Source: Candidatus Latescibacterota bacterium (GTDB taxonomy: Bacteria; Latescibacterota; UBA2968; UBA8231). Taken from it: 64,000 bases of DNA. Location: contig CBDCXV010000011.1 of the NCBI GenBank assembly GCA_965223905.1, positions 64,001 to 128,000 on the forward strand. The letters are read 5' to 3'. Below are positions 49,247 to 59,228 of this stretch, in pieces (position 1 is the stretch's first letter; each line of letters begins with the position of its first letter). The notes under the pieces were generated by a model. That model ran no database searches and was not told where the DNA came from. It worked only from the letters and a program-made list of their open reading frames with translations. Made by a program: the position numbers and the translations under genes.

Positions 49247-50017
49247 CTACTTTCTTTTCCATCTGTACAGACTGTCGACCTGCGCCATGGTTCGCGTCAT
49301 GTCGCGGTAGAGTGAGGCCTGGCTGCGGGCCACGGCGTCGATCTTCCGGGTGTTCAGGTCCTGGACCTCTGCGGTTGAACTCACCTTGCCGATCAGGCTG
49401 TTCTGACTTGCGCTCAATCCCGACACCTGCTTGTTGAGACGGGCAGTCTCGTCCTGAATGCGTGCTAGTTGCTTCTGCATCCCCTTCATCGTGCTCCGGT
49501 GAAGGTCGAGAACCTCGCGAATCCCCTCATAGCGCTCCTCCTCTTTGCGGAAGCGCTCAGCCGCCTGTCGGTTCTGCCCCTCCTGGTACTGCAGGCGGTC
49601 GCGGTGCTCTTTCTCCAGTTTCGCCTCGATTTCGCCGTATCGCGCATCCAGCTTGCCCAGCCTGTTCCGGGTCTGCTTATGGGCGACCTTCTCGTTCTGG
49701 AGGCGAGAGCGCACCTCGAATTCCGAGGCGGTAAGGTCTGCCTTCTCCGCCAGCTGACTGACCAGGCGCTCGCTGAGATCGCCAAGTCGTTCAGTCACCC
49801 CCTTCATCTGCTCCTGCAGTTCGCGCCGGTGTTCCCGCTGGCGCTCATGGGCAATGAAGAGTACAAGGCCCATTACCAGTCCGGCGACTGCAGTGGTGTA
49901 GGCACCAATTCCGAGAACATGCTTGCTCTCGAAGCGCTCCACCATTTTCAGGAGTGCCAGCACACCCCCCCAGAGCAGGAGCAGGCCGGCAACTATGGCG
50001 GCAAAGATCGTTTCCAC
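49247..50017 (-). CDS. two-TM coiled-coil protein, hypothetical
   Basis: Two N-terminal TM helices followed by about 190 aa of coiled coil. Confidence 0.75.
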   Translation of the reverse strand: METIFAAIVAGLLLLWGGVLALLKMVERFESKHVLGIGAYTTAVAGLVMGLVLFIAHERQREHRRELQEQMKGVTERLGDLSERLVSQLAEKADLTASEFEVRSRLQNEKVAHKQTRNRLGKLDARYGEIEAKLEKEHRDRLQYQEGQNRQAAERFRKEEERYEGIREVLDLHRSTMKGMQKQLARIQDETARLNKQVSGLSASQNSLIGKVSSTAEVQDLNTRKIDAVARSQASLYRDMTRTMAQVDSLYRWKRK

Positions 50018-50175
50018 GCTGGAGGTTCCGGTTTCAGCGAGTCTGGTTCGTCGCGGATTCCCGGGGCAGGTGGCGCGATGCAGGAAGGGATGTCGGATGA
50101 GGAAGGGAACTGAAACCTAAAATAACACCGGCACGAGCCGATTGGCAAACGCAGGAAAAACCGCTATGCAGTTTC

Positions 50176-50919
50176 CTACAGAGGCTCTCCTGTCAACATG
50201 TGGAGAGGTCCTTCAGGTCCGAAGGTCTTTGGCGGACAGTCGACTATCCCGCCGGCGATCATCTTTTCCAGGATCCGGGCCACTCCTGCGATCACCGGCT
50301 CGATCAGGCGCTCTCCTTTCTCGCGAGTTGCCAGGACTCCACCCTCGTCGACGATATCGGCGGTGTGAACCCTTTCCGGGGCCAGAACGTACATGGTCGA
50401 GGTTTCGTACTCGCCTGCATGACCTGGCAATCTTCCCAGTTCCATGGTCTGTTGAACCAGCTCCGGATCGTACACGTCCCAGTAGGACTGGAACCTCAGG
50501 TTGATTTTCAGCTTGTCCCGGTACTCGTCTATTCGTCTCATCAGCGGCTTTACGTTGCCTCCGTGACCGTTCAGGATGAGGATGTTCGCGACACCGGCCC
50601 TCTGCAGGGATCGGCAGACGTCGAACACGTACTCGCAGAAAATCTCGGGCCTGACCGTGAGGGTTCCGATGTGCTCCATCCAGTGCTCGGATACACCGAT
50701 GGATATGGGAGAAGCAACCACTACCCGCGGCAACAGGCGCCTAGCGGCCTGTTCGGCCATGTGAGCACAGTGCAGGATGTCGTGTATCATCTCCAGATGT
50801 TCGTTGTGCTGCTCGGTAGCACCCGTAGGTACGATTGCTGCCTGTATCGTGCCCGCCTGCATGCGCTCGCGAAACTCCTTGCGCGTCAGATCTCCTACAA
50901 ATACACGTTCATCTTTCAC
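50176..50919 (-). CDS. creatininase-family protein
   Basis: PTGATEQHNEHL, NGHGGN, HAGEYETS. Confidence 0.9.
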   Translation of the reverse strand: MKDERVFVGDLTRKEFRERMQAGTIQAAIVPTGATEQHNEHLEMIHDILHCAHMAEQAARRLLPRVVVASPISIGVSEHWMEHIGTLTVRPEIFCEYVFDVCRSLQRAGVANILILNGHGGNVKPLMRRIDEYRDKLKINLRFQSYWDVYDPELVQQTMELGRLPGHAGEYETSTMYVLAPERVHTADIVDEGGVLATREKGERLIEPVIAGVARILEKMIAGGIVDCPPKTFGPEGPLHMLTGEPL

Positions 50920-51194
50920 GAACCCTTCTCCTTTTTGAGGGGGAAGCCTTAATTATCGAGAACTGGGTGCTCAGAGCCAGGCTGCAGATCCGTTCCCATC
51001 GATTCTGGTTGCCTGCCGCCATGCCTTGGACTCCCCAAGACATTCTCTGATCCGTCTCCCAAAGTGCACCTCGAACCGGGAGCAGATTGGTCCCGGGCAA
51101 CGGCTGTACAACACCTGCACCTCGGCTTGTTCCTTTAAACCTCCCTTCGAAATCCTTCGATGTTCATATCTGCCCGCCTTGAAGGCGGGGATTG

Positions 51195-52361
51195 ATGCGC
51201 CTGCTCCGGAACACTCCATTCTCCGAGTGGAATCGCGACTTTACGCTGCTGGCAACGGCCGTTTTCGGTGTCGGCATTTTTTTCGGCGTCCAGTTGACCC
51301 TGTTCAACAACTTCATCGTCGAGCGCTTGGACATCGATGCACACGAACTCGGCTGGGTGGAGTCGCTTCGGGAGATTCCCGGTTTTCTGAATGCCCTTTT
51401 CATCGCCTTGATGATTCGTCTGGCCCCCTCACTGGTTGCAGGGGTGGCGCTGGCGATCATGGGGGTGGGCCTGATGGCGTATGCCGACGTGAGCTCGGTG
51501 CCGAAGCTGGCCGTCTATTCGTTGGTGTGGAGCATCGGTTTTCACTGCTGGCTCCCGATGGAATCTACCTTGGCCTTGCGCTTCTCCCCGCCCGGAGGAA
51601 AAGGGAGGTGGCTCGGCCAACTGCGCGGCATAAACAGCGTCGCCTGGCTTATCACCATCGGCGCCTGCATGGTCCTATTGGAGCGGATCAGCTTTGAAGG
51701 CATGTACATACTCGCAGGTGCGGCTACCATCCTCGGAGGCCTGGCGCTTTTTTTCGCCTCGCGGGGACATTCCGGGGTTGAAGAGAAGGGGTTCGTGCTC
51801 AAACGCCGTTATGGTCTCTACTACCTGCTGCAGTTTCTCGAAGGCTGCCGGCGGCAGATGTTCCTCACCTTCGCGATTTTTGCACTCGTCAAGGTTCACG
51901 GGATGCCGGTCGGAACCACCATGGTCCTGGTGCTGATTAACCAGGTGCTGATTACCATTTCCGCTCCCATGATTGGACGCCTCATCGATCTTCGGGGAGA
52001 ACGGCAGATGCTCAGCATCGGCTATTTTCTGGTGATCTTCGTCTTTGTGGGGTACGGCCTCATCGAAAACCGTCCGATCCTTTACGTCCTCTACTGTATC
52101 GATAATCTCATTTTCTTCGGCGGCATCGCGCTGACCACTTATATAAACAAACTCGCCCTCAAGGAAGACCTCAAGCCGACGCTGTCGATGGGTGTGACGA
52201 TGAATCACTTTGCAGCAGTAGCAGCGCCGTTGCTAGGCGGGTTTGCCTGGCATTACTTTGGCTATCGCGTGATTTTCTTCAGTGGTGCGTTTCTGGCCCT
52301 GCTCTCGCTGGTCGCCAGTCAATGGGTCAACGCAAGCGAGGGTACAGAAAGAGAACCGTGA
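51195..52361 (+). CDS. MFS transporter
   Basis: About 12 TM helices, ESLREIPG, GRLIDLRGER motif A. Confidence 0.88.
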   Translation: MRLLRNTPFSEWNRDFTLLATAVFGVGIFFGVQLTLFNNFIVERLDIDAHELGWVESLREIPGFLNALFIALMIRLAPSLVAGVALAIMGVGLMAYADVSSVPKLAVYSLVWSIGFHCWLPMESTLALRFSPPGGKGRWLGQLRGINSVAWLITIGACMVLLERISFEGMYILAGAATILGGLALFFASRGHSGVEEKGFVLKRRYGLYYLLQFLEGCRRQMFLTFAIFALVKVHGMPVGTTMVLVLINQVLITISAPMIGRLIDLRGERQMLSIGYFLVIFVFVGYGLIENRPILYVLYCIDNLIFFGGIALTTYINKLALKEDLKPTLSMGVTMNHFAAVAAPLLGGFAWHYFGYRVIFFSGAFLALLSLVASQWVNASEGTEREP

Positions 52362-52436
52362 CTGGGGAATCCGGTGCCGAAACGATTGGGGACAGGCGCT
52401 GCTGATCCGAAAATAACCCCACGAGGAGCGAGAGCA

Positions 52437-53309
52437 ATGTTGAAGGTTGGCGCCCGGCCGCCCGGGTTCGCCGGAGAGACCGGTTTTGACGGATTTGCCG
52501 AGTGGCTGGCGGAGAACGGGTTCGGGGCGGTTGATACACCGCTTCTCACGAGCGAGATTGCGGCAACTTGCGAACGGTTAGGACTGGAGATCGGCACTTC
52601 CGATGCCCGCGGGAGCGGGCTGCTTTCGGCCGACGAAGGCAAGCGGGGCAATGCCCTCACGACCCTGAAGGAGGACCTGAGCGACATGGCGAGCCATGGC
52701 GGAAAAACCTATTTCGCCGTTTTGATGCCGGATGATCCCAGCCAGCCGCGCGCCAGGTCGTTCGAAATCTTCGAGAAGGTGTATCCCGATGTGGTGGAAC
52801 ACGCTGAGAAGGTTGGGGTACAGATCGCGATAGAACCGTGGCCAGGGCCTGCGCCATATTATCCCAATCTCGGGTGCAGTCCCGAAAGCTTGCGCCGCAT
52901 GTTTGCCGCCATTCCTTCACCCAATTTGGGAATCTGCTACGATCCCTCTCATTTCGCCCGCATCCAGATCGATCACGTGCGGCTCCTGCATGAGTTCGCC
53001 GATCGCGTGCACCACGTTCACCTCAAGGATACCGAGATAATCGACGAGAACCTCTACGAGTGCGGTATCCTGGGGCCGACCTTCGAGTCGCAGTACGGAT
53101 TCGGCGAGGGATGGTGGCGCTACACCATTCCGGGGGAGGGAATGGTCGACTGGAAGCTCGTTATCCGGCGGCTGGAGGATGCCGGTTTCGATGGCGTCCT
53201 CAGCGTCGAGCTCGAGGACCATTACTTCTGGGGGACCGCCGATCTTCAGAAAGAAGGTCTGCTGCGCTCGAAGGAGTTCATTGAGCAGACCCTTAAGTCG
53301 GGCTCATAG
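52437..53309 (+). CDS. sugar phosphate isomerase/epimerase (xylose isomerase-like TIM barrel)
   Basis: AIEPW, YDPSH, HVHLKD, SVELED. Confidence 0.88.
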   Translation: MLKVGARPPGFAGETGFDGFAEWLAENGFGAVDTPLLTSEIAATCERLGLEIGTSDARGSGLLSADEGKRGNALTTLKEDLSDMASHGGKTYFAVLMPDDPSQPRARSFEIFEKVYPDVVEHAEKVGVQIAIEPWPGPAPYYPNLGCSPESLRRMFAAIPSPNLGICYDPSHFARIQIDHVRLLHEFADRVHHVHLKDTEIIDENLYECGILGPTFESQYGFGEGWWRYTIPGEGMVDWKLVIRRLEDAGFDGVLSVELEDHYFWGTADLQKEGLLRSKEFIEQTLKSGS

Positions 53310-53317
53310 GGGGCGCA

Positions 53318-54307
53318 ATGGTTGGTTTTGCGGTTGTCGGGTTGGGCATGGGCAAGGGGCGGGCCCGCATGATTCAGGAGACCGAAGGAGCCGAGCTATC
53401 CCTCGTGATCGACACGAACGAGGCCCGCGCCGCTGCAGTGGGCATGGAGTTGGGAGTCGACTGGGCTCCGAATCTGGAAGACGGCCTGGGCCGCAGCGAC
53501 GTTGACGTAGTCATGGTGATGACCCCGAGCGGACTGCATGCAGACTTGGGGTGCATCGCGGCCGCAGCGGGAAAGCATGTAATCACCACCAAGCCGATGG
53601 ACGTGTCGACGAGGCAATGCGACCGACTGATCGCCGCAGCCGACTCTTCCGGTGTGAAGCTCGCCGTGGATTACCAGAGCCGCTACGTCGATACCAACTA
53701 CCGTGTCGCCCGCGCCATCGAGCTGGGATACCTCGGCAGACCGCTGCTCGGGGAGGTCCGTTTCAAGTGGTTCCGCTCCCAGGGGTACTTCGAAGGCGGC
53801 GACGGCTGGCGCGGCACTTGGGCCATGGATGGAGGCGGAAGCCTCGCCAACCAGGGGTCGCACCTGCTCGACCTGCTGCTCTGGTTCATGGGAGCACCGG
53901 AACGGCTGTACGCGGAAACGGCGATCCTCACTCACGACATCGAGACCGAAGATCTGGGTATGGCCATTATCCATTTCCGCAGCGGTGCCAAAGGAGCGGT
54001 CCTCGGCACCACGACGTTTCCAGGGCAGAACGCCTACTTCAGCGCCGAGGTCCACGGCACTGATGGCGGGGTTCTCATCGACGAGGCCCTCGACGGCACA
54101 TGCCGTATCATCGGCGAGGGTCTGGAGGAGAGGATGAACGCCATTGATAATCCGCTCGAAAGCGTGGTCGCAGATATGGTCTACTGTCTCCAGCAGGACG
54201 GAACTCCCAGGATCGATGGGCGAGAGGGTCGCAGAACCGTGGCCCTGCTTGAGGATATATACAGGTCGTCGCGAGAGGGCACCCCGATCGACTGCATAGG
54301 AGGATGA
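53318..54307 (+). CDS. Gfo/Idh/MocA oxidoreductase
   Basis: VGLGMG, TPSGLH, WRGTWAMDGGGSLANQGSH. Confidence 0.9.
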   Translation: MVGFAVVGLGMGKGRARMIQETEGAELSLVIDTNEARAAAVGMELGVDWAPNLEDGLGRSDVDVVMVMTPSGLHADLGCIAAAAGKHVITTKPMDVSTRQCDRLIAAADSSGVKLAVDYQSRYVDTNYRVARAIELGYLGRPLLGEVRFKWFRSQGYFEGGDGWRGTWAMDGGGSLANQGSHLLDLLLWFMGAPERLYAETAILTHDIETEDLGMAIIHFRSGAKGAVLGTTTFPGQNAYFSAEVHGTDGGVLIDEALDGTCRIIGEGLEERMNAIDNPLESVVADMVYCLQQDGTPRIDGREGRRTVALLEDIYRSSREGTPIDCIGG

Positions 54308-55344
54308 AAATGACAACCGCTGCACTCGTCGGCTTGACGGCCCCGCACAGCAAAGGCTGGCTCGAAACTCTGAGAATCACCCCGGAAATTGAGCGCTTGC
54401 TCGTCTGCGATCTCGAGGGAGCGGTTCCCGAGAGCGACGACGGAATCGACGGGGTGTACTCAGGTCTCGATGCAATGTTCGACTCCGTGAGACCCGACTT
54501 CGCGCTGGTGTCGGTACGCAACGACCAGGCAGCGGATGCAGGGAGTCGATTTTTGTCCGAGGAAATCCCGTTGATTATCGAAAAGCCGGCGGGCCGCACT
54601 GCTGCCGAAATTGCAGAGCTCAACGTGCTGTCGCGCCTCCATTCGACCCCTTGGGCAACCGGTTTCACCAATCGTCTTGCCCCGGCCGTTTGCGAGATGC
54701 GCCGCCTCGTGGCCGCCGGTGCCCTGGGACGCGTCGTCTCCATCGAGGGGCGCATGGTGACCAGCTCTGTCGATCAGCGCAATAAGGACCACTGGCTTTT
54801 CTCCAAAGAGGTTGCAGGCGGCGGGATTCTTCACTGGCTGGCCATTCACACCATAGATCTTATCCGATTCATCACCGGTCTGGAGTACGATTCGGTCAGT
54901 GCTCACGTCGCAACATTGTCGGAAACCGGGGTAGACGTCGAGGATACGGCGTCGGTTTCCTTCTCCATGTCGAACGGAGCAGTGGGTAGCCTTCACGCAG
55001 GGTACATGTTGCGCAAGCGCTACGGAGACATCAGCCTGGCGGTGCGCGGAACACTCGGCGACGTCGCTTGGTCCTCCTATGGATTCGACGGGGCCGGCAA
55101 CACGGTCCATCTCCAGAGCGAAGCCCCGGGATGGGAGACGATTGCCCGCCAGAAAGTGGACCTGGAGCCTCAGGGCGGACCTGGTTACGGAGGCCGTGTC
55201 GGCACCGAGTTCGTCGCTCGCTTTCTGCGTTGCTCGCAGGCCCGGGAGGAGTTCGTCACCGACGGAGAGGATGCTCTCGGAGCGATGCGGTTTGTCGAGG
55301 CAGCCTATGCATCTAGCGCCAGCGGGGAGTCCATCAAGCTGTGA
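54304..55344 (+). CDS. Gfo/Idh/MocA oxidoreductase
   Basis: IEKPAG, GGGILHWLAIH, DVEDTA. Confidence 0.88.
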   Translation: MKMTTAALVGLTAPHSKGWLETLRITPEIERLLVCDLEGAVPESDDGIDGVYSGLDAMFDSVRPDFALVSVRNDQAADAGSRFLSEEIPLIIEKPAGRTAAEIAELNVLSRLHSTPWATGFTNRLAPAVCEMRRLVAAGALGRVVSIEGRMVTSSVDQRNKDHWLFSKEVAGGGILHWLAIHTIDLIRFITGLEYDSVSAHVATLSETGVDVEDTASVSFSMSNGAVGSLHAGYMLRKRYGDISLAVRGTLGDVAWSSYGFDGAGNTVHLQSEAPGWETIARQKVDLEPQGGPGYGGRVGTEFVARFLRCSQAREEFVTDGEDALGAMRFVEAAYASSASGESIKL

Positions 55345-55409
55345 AGTGAAGGCAGTTAGCACCGCCAACCACCAACAGGGGAGGCGGACATACCGCAGAC
55401 TGTAGCCCC

Positions 55410-56476
55410 ATGACCGCGAACCTACTTGGACGCCCCATTCGCGTCGCGATGATCGGCTGCGGGGTGCAGGGCACGAACCACTCTCGAATCCTTCAGGGTC
55501 TGGGACCGGAACTGGTCGAGGTCGCCGCCCTGTGCGACTCCAGCCCCCAGCGCCTGTCCGAGGCTGCATCCTCTTGGCCAAAGGCACGAACCGCCTCGAA
55601 CTACCGCGAAGCACTGGATGCGGCCGACCTCGACCTCGTCATCATCGCTACGATGCCGAACACCCATGCTGAAATCGCCATTTCCGCGATGGAGAGTGGG
55701 GCTGCCGTATTGTGTGAGAAACCGTTCACCCTGTCGGTTCAAGAGGCGGTAGCGGTTCTGGAAGCGTCGGACAGAACTGGACGGCAAGTACAGCTGGGGA
55801 CCAATATGCGCTACATGCCGGAGTGTCGTTTCCTGCGCGATATCGTCGCCTCCGGGGATGTCGGAAATGTTGTCGCATGCAAAACGTGGGGATGTCATTT
55901 CTCGCCGCCGGTTTGGGGTCCCCACTACCGGCGCGAGCTCGCCGGTGGAAGAGTACTCGCTTCGACCCAGGTACATGCGCTGGATCTTTCCATGTGGGTG
56001 GGTGGGCTACCCAATCCGGTCGCCGTGAGCGATTTCAGCGGTCGGCTAATTTCCTGAAAAGCGGGGTGTGCTCAGGCCGGGGAGGATGTCAGGCGCTCCT
56101 ACGACACTGAAGATCTTCTCTTTGCACTCGTTCGTTTCGATACAGGTGCCGTCTACTCTCTCGAAGGGAACTGGTGTGACGAACGCAAGGACAGCCATGG
56201 TTTCGAGCTGATTACGGAAAGAACCACTCTGTGCAACACATCTTTTCAAGTGCTGACGAAAATGGCCAAATCACAGATCGCACGCCGAAGGGTGGGGAAT
56301 TCGAAAACTTGAACGACTGGCAGGAAAGCATTGGGAGGCAGGACGAAGAGATCATTTCAAGGTTGAGGGAGGGAAGGCCGTGGGGGATGCAGGATGCCAG
56401 CCAGCTGCTTACCCTTCAGAAGGTGATCGACGGGTGTTACGAATCCGCTAGGCTCGGGCGCGAAATCCGGATCTGA
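55410..56476 (+). pseudogene. Gfo/Idh/MocA oxidoreductase, frameshifted in the 3' half
   Basis: IGCGVQG, CEKPF; C-terminal QKVIDGCYESARLGREI lies in another frame. Confidence 0.75.
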
Positions 56477-56563
56477 AGGGCATTGACCCTGCCGGGGGCC
56501 GCTCCTATTTTCCATCCATCCCCGCCTTGTATTTCTCTGCAGCAAAAGCCGATTCTAAAGGCA

Positions 56564-56639
<76 letters not shown>

Positions 56640-56799
56640 CTACATCGTGGAAGCAGGTTGTAGAGGTTATCTCAGTCAATTAAAAAAAATTTGCGATCCC
56701 CCCTGTCCGCAGTAGGACCTTTGATGGTTTGTCTGCGTATTAGGTTTATGCGTTTGCCGCTTTGAGCCGTATTGACACGACTGGAATGGAGATAGAGAG

Positions 56800-57531
56800 A
56801 TGGAGGTTCTCGGGATCGATATCGGCGGCACCGGAGTCAAGGGAGCTGTCGTAGATACGGCGACCGGTCAACTCGTTCGCGATCGCTTTCGCCTGCTAAC
56901 ACCGCAACCGGCGACCCCGAAAGCCCTTTGCAGAACGGTCTCGGAGGTTGTCGCCCACTTCGAGTGGTCCGGGCGGGTGGGTTGCGGGTTTCCGGGAATA
57001 ATCCGCAAGGGCGTTGTTCGCAGCGCCGCCCATGTCTCCAGGAAATGGCTCGGCAAAAACGTCAAAGAGAACCTTGACGAGGCTACCGGATGTTCTTTCC
57101 GAGTGCTCAACGACGCGGATGTCGCAGGCCTTGCCGAGGCTCGATTCGGAGCGGGTAAGGACGAAGTTGGCGTCGTTCTCCTGCTCACCCTGGGCACCGG
57201 GATCGGATCTGCCCTGTTCATCGACGGAACCCTTGTTCCCAATACCGAGTTCGGACATGTCGAGCTGAAAGGGCACGACGCCGAATACTGGGCTGCGGAC
57301 AGCGTGCGAAAAAAGAGGAAGCTTGGCTGGAAGAAGTGGGCCAGGCAGGTAAATCTTTACCTGCAGTCGATGGAATTCTACCTCTCTCCCGATCTGATCA
57401 TCATCGGAGGCGGGGTCAGCAGGAAGCATGAGAAGGTCATTCCCCAGCTGGAACTCGACGCTCGAGTCGTTCCCGCACAGCTTCGCAACGAAGCCGGAAT
57501 CGTAGGCGCGGCAGTCGCCGGTGCTGAATAG
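56800..57531 (+). CDS. ppgK: polyphosphate glucokinase (ROK family)
   Basis: [53 protein letters not shown]. Confidence 0.9.
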   Translation: MEVLGIDIGGTGVKGAVVDTATGQLVRDRFRLLTPQPATPKALCRTVSEVVAHFEWSGRVGCGFPGIIRKGVVRSAAHVSRKWLGKNVKENLDEATGCSFRVLNDADVAGLAEARFGAGKDEVGVVLLLTLGTGIGSALFIDGTLVPNTEFGHVELKGHDAEYWAADSVRKKRKLGWKKWARQVNLYLQSMEFYLSPDLIIIGGGVSRKHEKVIPQLELDARVVPAQLRNEAGIVGAAVAGAE

Positions 57532-57694
57532 CCAGCGTTGCGAGGAGAAGTCAAGCCGAATCTCCAGGCCTTTCTTCCCCTGCTCTGGAGTTAGACCCTG
57601 CTGACTCGCTCATCCTACATTGCGGTCAGGAGTATCGAAGCCAATGAGATACCGAACCGGACCGTTGAGTCACAGCAGATTTTCCACTATTTTC

Positions 57695-57710
57695 TGGGAA
57701 CGGAATTGCA
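57695..57710 (+). promoter_or_regulatory. possible sigma54 promoter of the groES-like gene
   Basis: TGGGAACGGAATTGCA, GG-N10-GC spacing, 9/11 consensus positions. Confidence 0.45.
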
Positions 57711-57769
57711 GTATCTACACTACATCAAGACGGCAGACCCAGTCTCTGAATAAGGATTTGCGCAGTTAA

Positions 57770-58156
57770 ATGATTCGCGGCGACAAAGAATTGATCGTAG
57801 TGGGGGATCGCGTGCTTATCAAACTCAACGAGCACGAAGAACGGACCGAGGTGGGGCTTTACCTCCCTCCAACCGCTCTCGAGAAGGAGAATGTCCAGTC
57901 AGGCAAGGTGGAAGAGGTGGGACCGGGAATCCCGTTGCCTCCCAGAACGGACGAGGACGAAATGCCGTGGGCATCGGAAAATATGGAACACATGCGGTTT
58001 ATCCCCCTGCAAGCCCAGAAAGGGGATCACGCGATTTTTGCTCGTAAGGAAGCGGTTGAAATCAAGTTCGATGGAGAGAAATACGTCGTGGTGCCGCACT
58101 CTGCGATTTTGGCGCTAGTGCGGTCTACAGGTCTTCTCGATGACGACCTCGTCTGA
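57770..58156 (+). CDS. orphan GroES/Cpn10-family co-chaperone
   Basis: GDRVLIK..EERTEVGLYLP, GKVEEVGPG, EIKFDGEKY; no adjacent groEL. Confidence 0.85.
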   Translation: MIRGDKELIVVGDRVLIKLNEHEERTEVGLYLPPTALEKENVQSGKVEEVGPGIPLPPRTDEDEMPWASENMEHMRFIPLQAQKGDHAIFARKEAVEIKFDGEKYVVVPHSAILALVRSTGLLDDDLV

Positions 58157-58193
58157 CGTGCTGTCAGTGCCATAGCCCAACTACACCAGAATT

Positions 58194-58234
58194 GAAAAGC
58201 GCCCCGTCACCGACAAGGTGACGGGGCGCTTTTC
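58194..58234. terminator. bidirectional rho-independent terminator
   Basis: Perfect 18-bp stem GAAAAGCGCCCCGTCACC / GGTGACGGGGCGCTTTTC between convergent genes. Confidence 0.9.
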
Positions 58235-58251
58235 TGGTAGCTCGAAAGACT

Positions 58252-58578
58252 CTATTGCGTCCCGATATCGAGGAACTCGATCGGGGCAGGCGTTTCCCAG
58301 TCACGCGAGACATAGTCCTGCATCGTCAACGCGAGAAGAATAAGCAGCCAGAAAAAACCTGCACCGGCGAAAACCCACATCAGCGGCGTGTTGTAGCGCA
58401 CGTGCATGAAGAACAAGACGACAATGGAGGCCTTGAATATGGCGATCGACAGGGCCAGCGGCGTGTTGAGCGGGCCGAGTTCGACGAATGCGGCGAGCAC
58501 CGTGACAACCGTGAACACGAACAGCAGGCTCAGTACAATGAAATATACTCTTACCGGGACTACATGGCTTGAATCCAT
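58252..58578 (-). CDS. cytochrome c oxidase subunit IV
   Basis: IAIFKASIVVLFFMHVRY motif; operon context. Confidence 0.9.
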   Translation of the reverse strand: MDSSHVVPVRVYFIVLSLLFVFTVVTVLAAFVELGPLNTPLALSIAIFKASIVVLFFMHVRYNTPLMWVFAGAGFFWLLILLALTMQDYVSRDWETPAPIEFLDIGTQ

Positions 58579-59228
58579 GGGTCGCGTCCGATGAGGTAAA
58601 GCAGAGGGAAAAGGAAAATCCAGACGATGTCTACGAAGTGCCAGTAGAGCCCGAAGTTTTCGATCGGAAAAAAGTAATCCTTGGTGTATCTACCCTTCAG
58701 GATATTGGGGATCAGCCAGAGCATGATTCCCACACCGATAATCATGTGCAAGGCGTGCATGCCGGTCATCGCGAAATAAAATGAGAAGAAGATCTTCATG
58801 TTGCCGGCCAAAGGCCCGTCGTATTGGAAGTTCAACCCGGGAATCAGGTGGTGGTGAAGCTTGTCTGAGTACTCGATCACCTTAACTCCCAGAAACGTCA
58901 GGCCCAGGACCATGGTTCCGAGCAACCAGCCCAGCATGCCGCGGCTGCTCCCCTGCTGCGCTGCCCGCACGCACATCGCTACCGTGAAGCTGCTGCCAAT
59001 CAGAATCGCGGTGTTGAAGGCTCCCCACCCGATTGGAAGGTGGTTGCTCCCTTCTATGAAGGCCGGCAGATATTCGTAGCGGTATACCGTATAAGCCCCG
59101 AAAAGCCCCCCAAAGAACATGATCTCCTGGGCAATGAACGCCCACATCCCCATGTTGGACGCGGCGTACTGCTGCTGCAGGTCGTCGAACTGGTGATTGA
59201 GTCCGGCGGGATGGGCGTGGGTGGTCAT
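58560..59228 (-). CDS. ctaE: cytochrome c oxidase subunit III
   Basis: [41 protein letters not shown]. Confidence 0.93.
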   Translation of the reverse strand: MTTHAHPAGLNHQFDDLQQQYAASNMGMWAFIAQEIMFFGGLFGAYTVYRYEYLPAFIEGSNHLPIGWGAFNTAILIGSSFTVAMCVRAAQQGSSRGMLGWLLGTMVLGLTFLGVKVIEYSDKLHHHLIPGLNFQYDGPLAGNMKIFFSFYFAMTGMHALHMIIGVGIMLWLIPNILKGRYTKDYFFPIENFGLYWHFVDIVWIFLFPLLYLIGRDPWIQAM

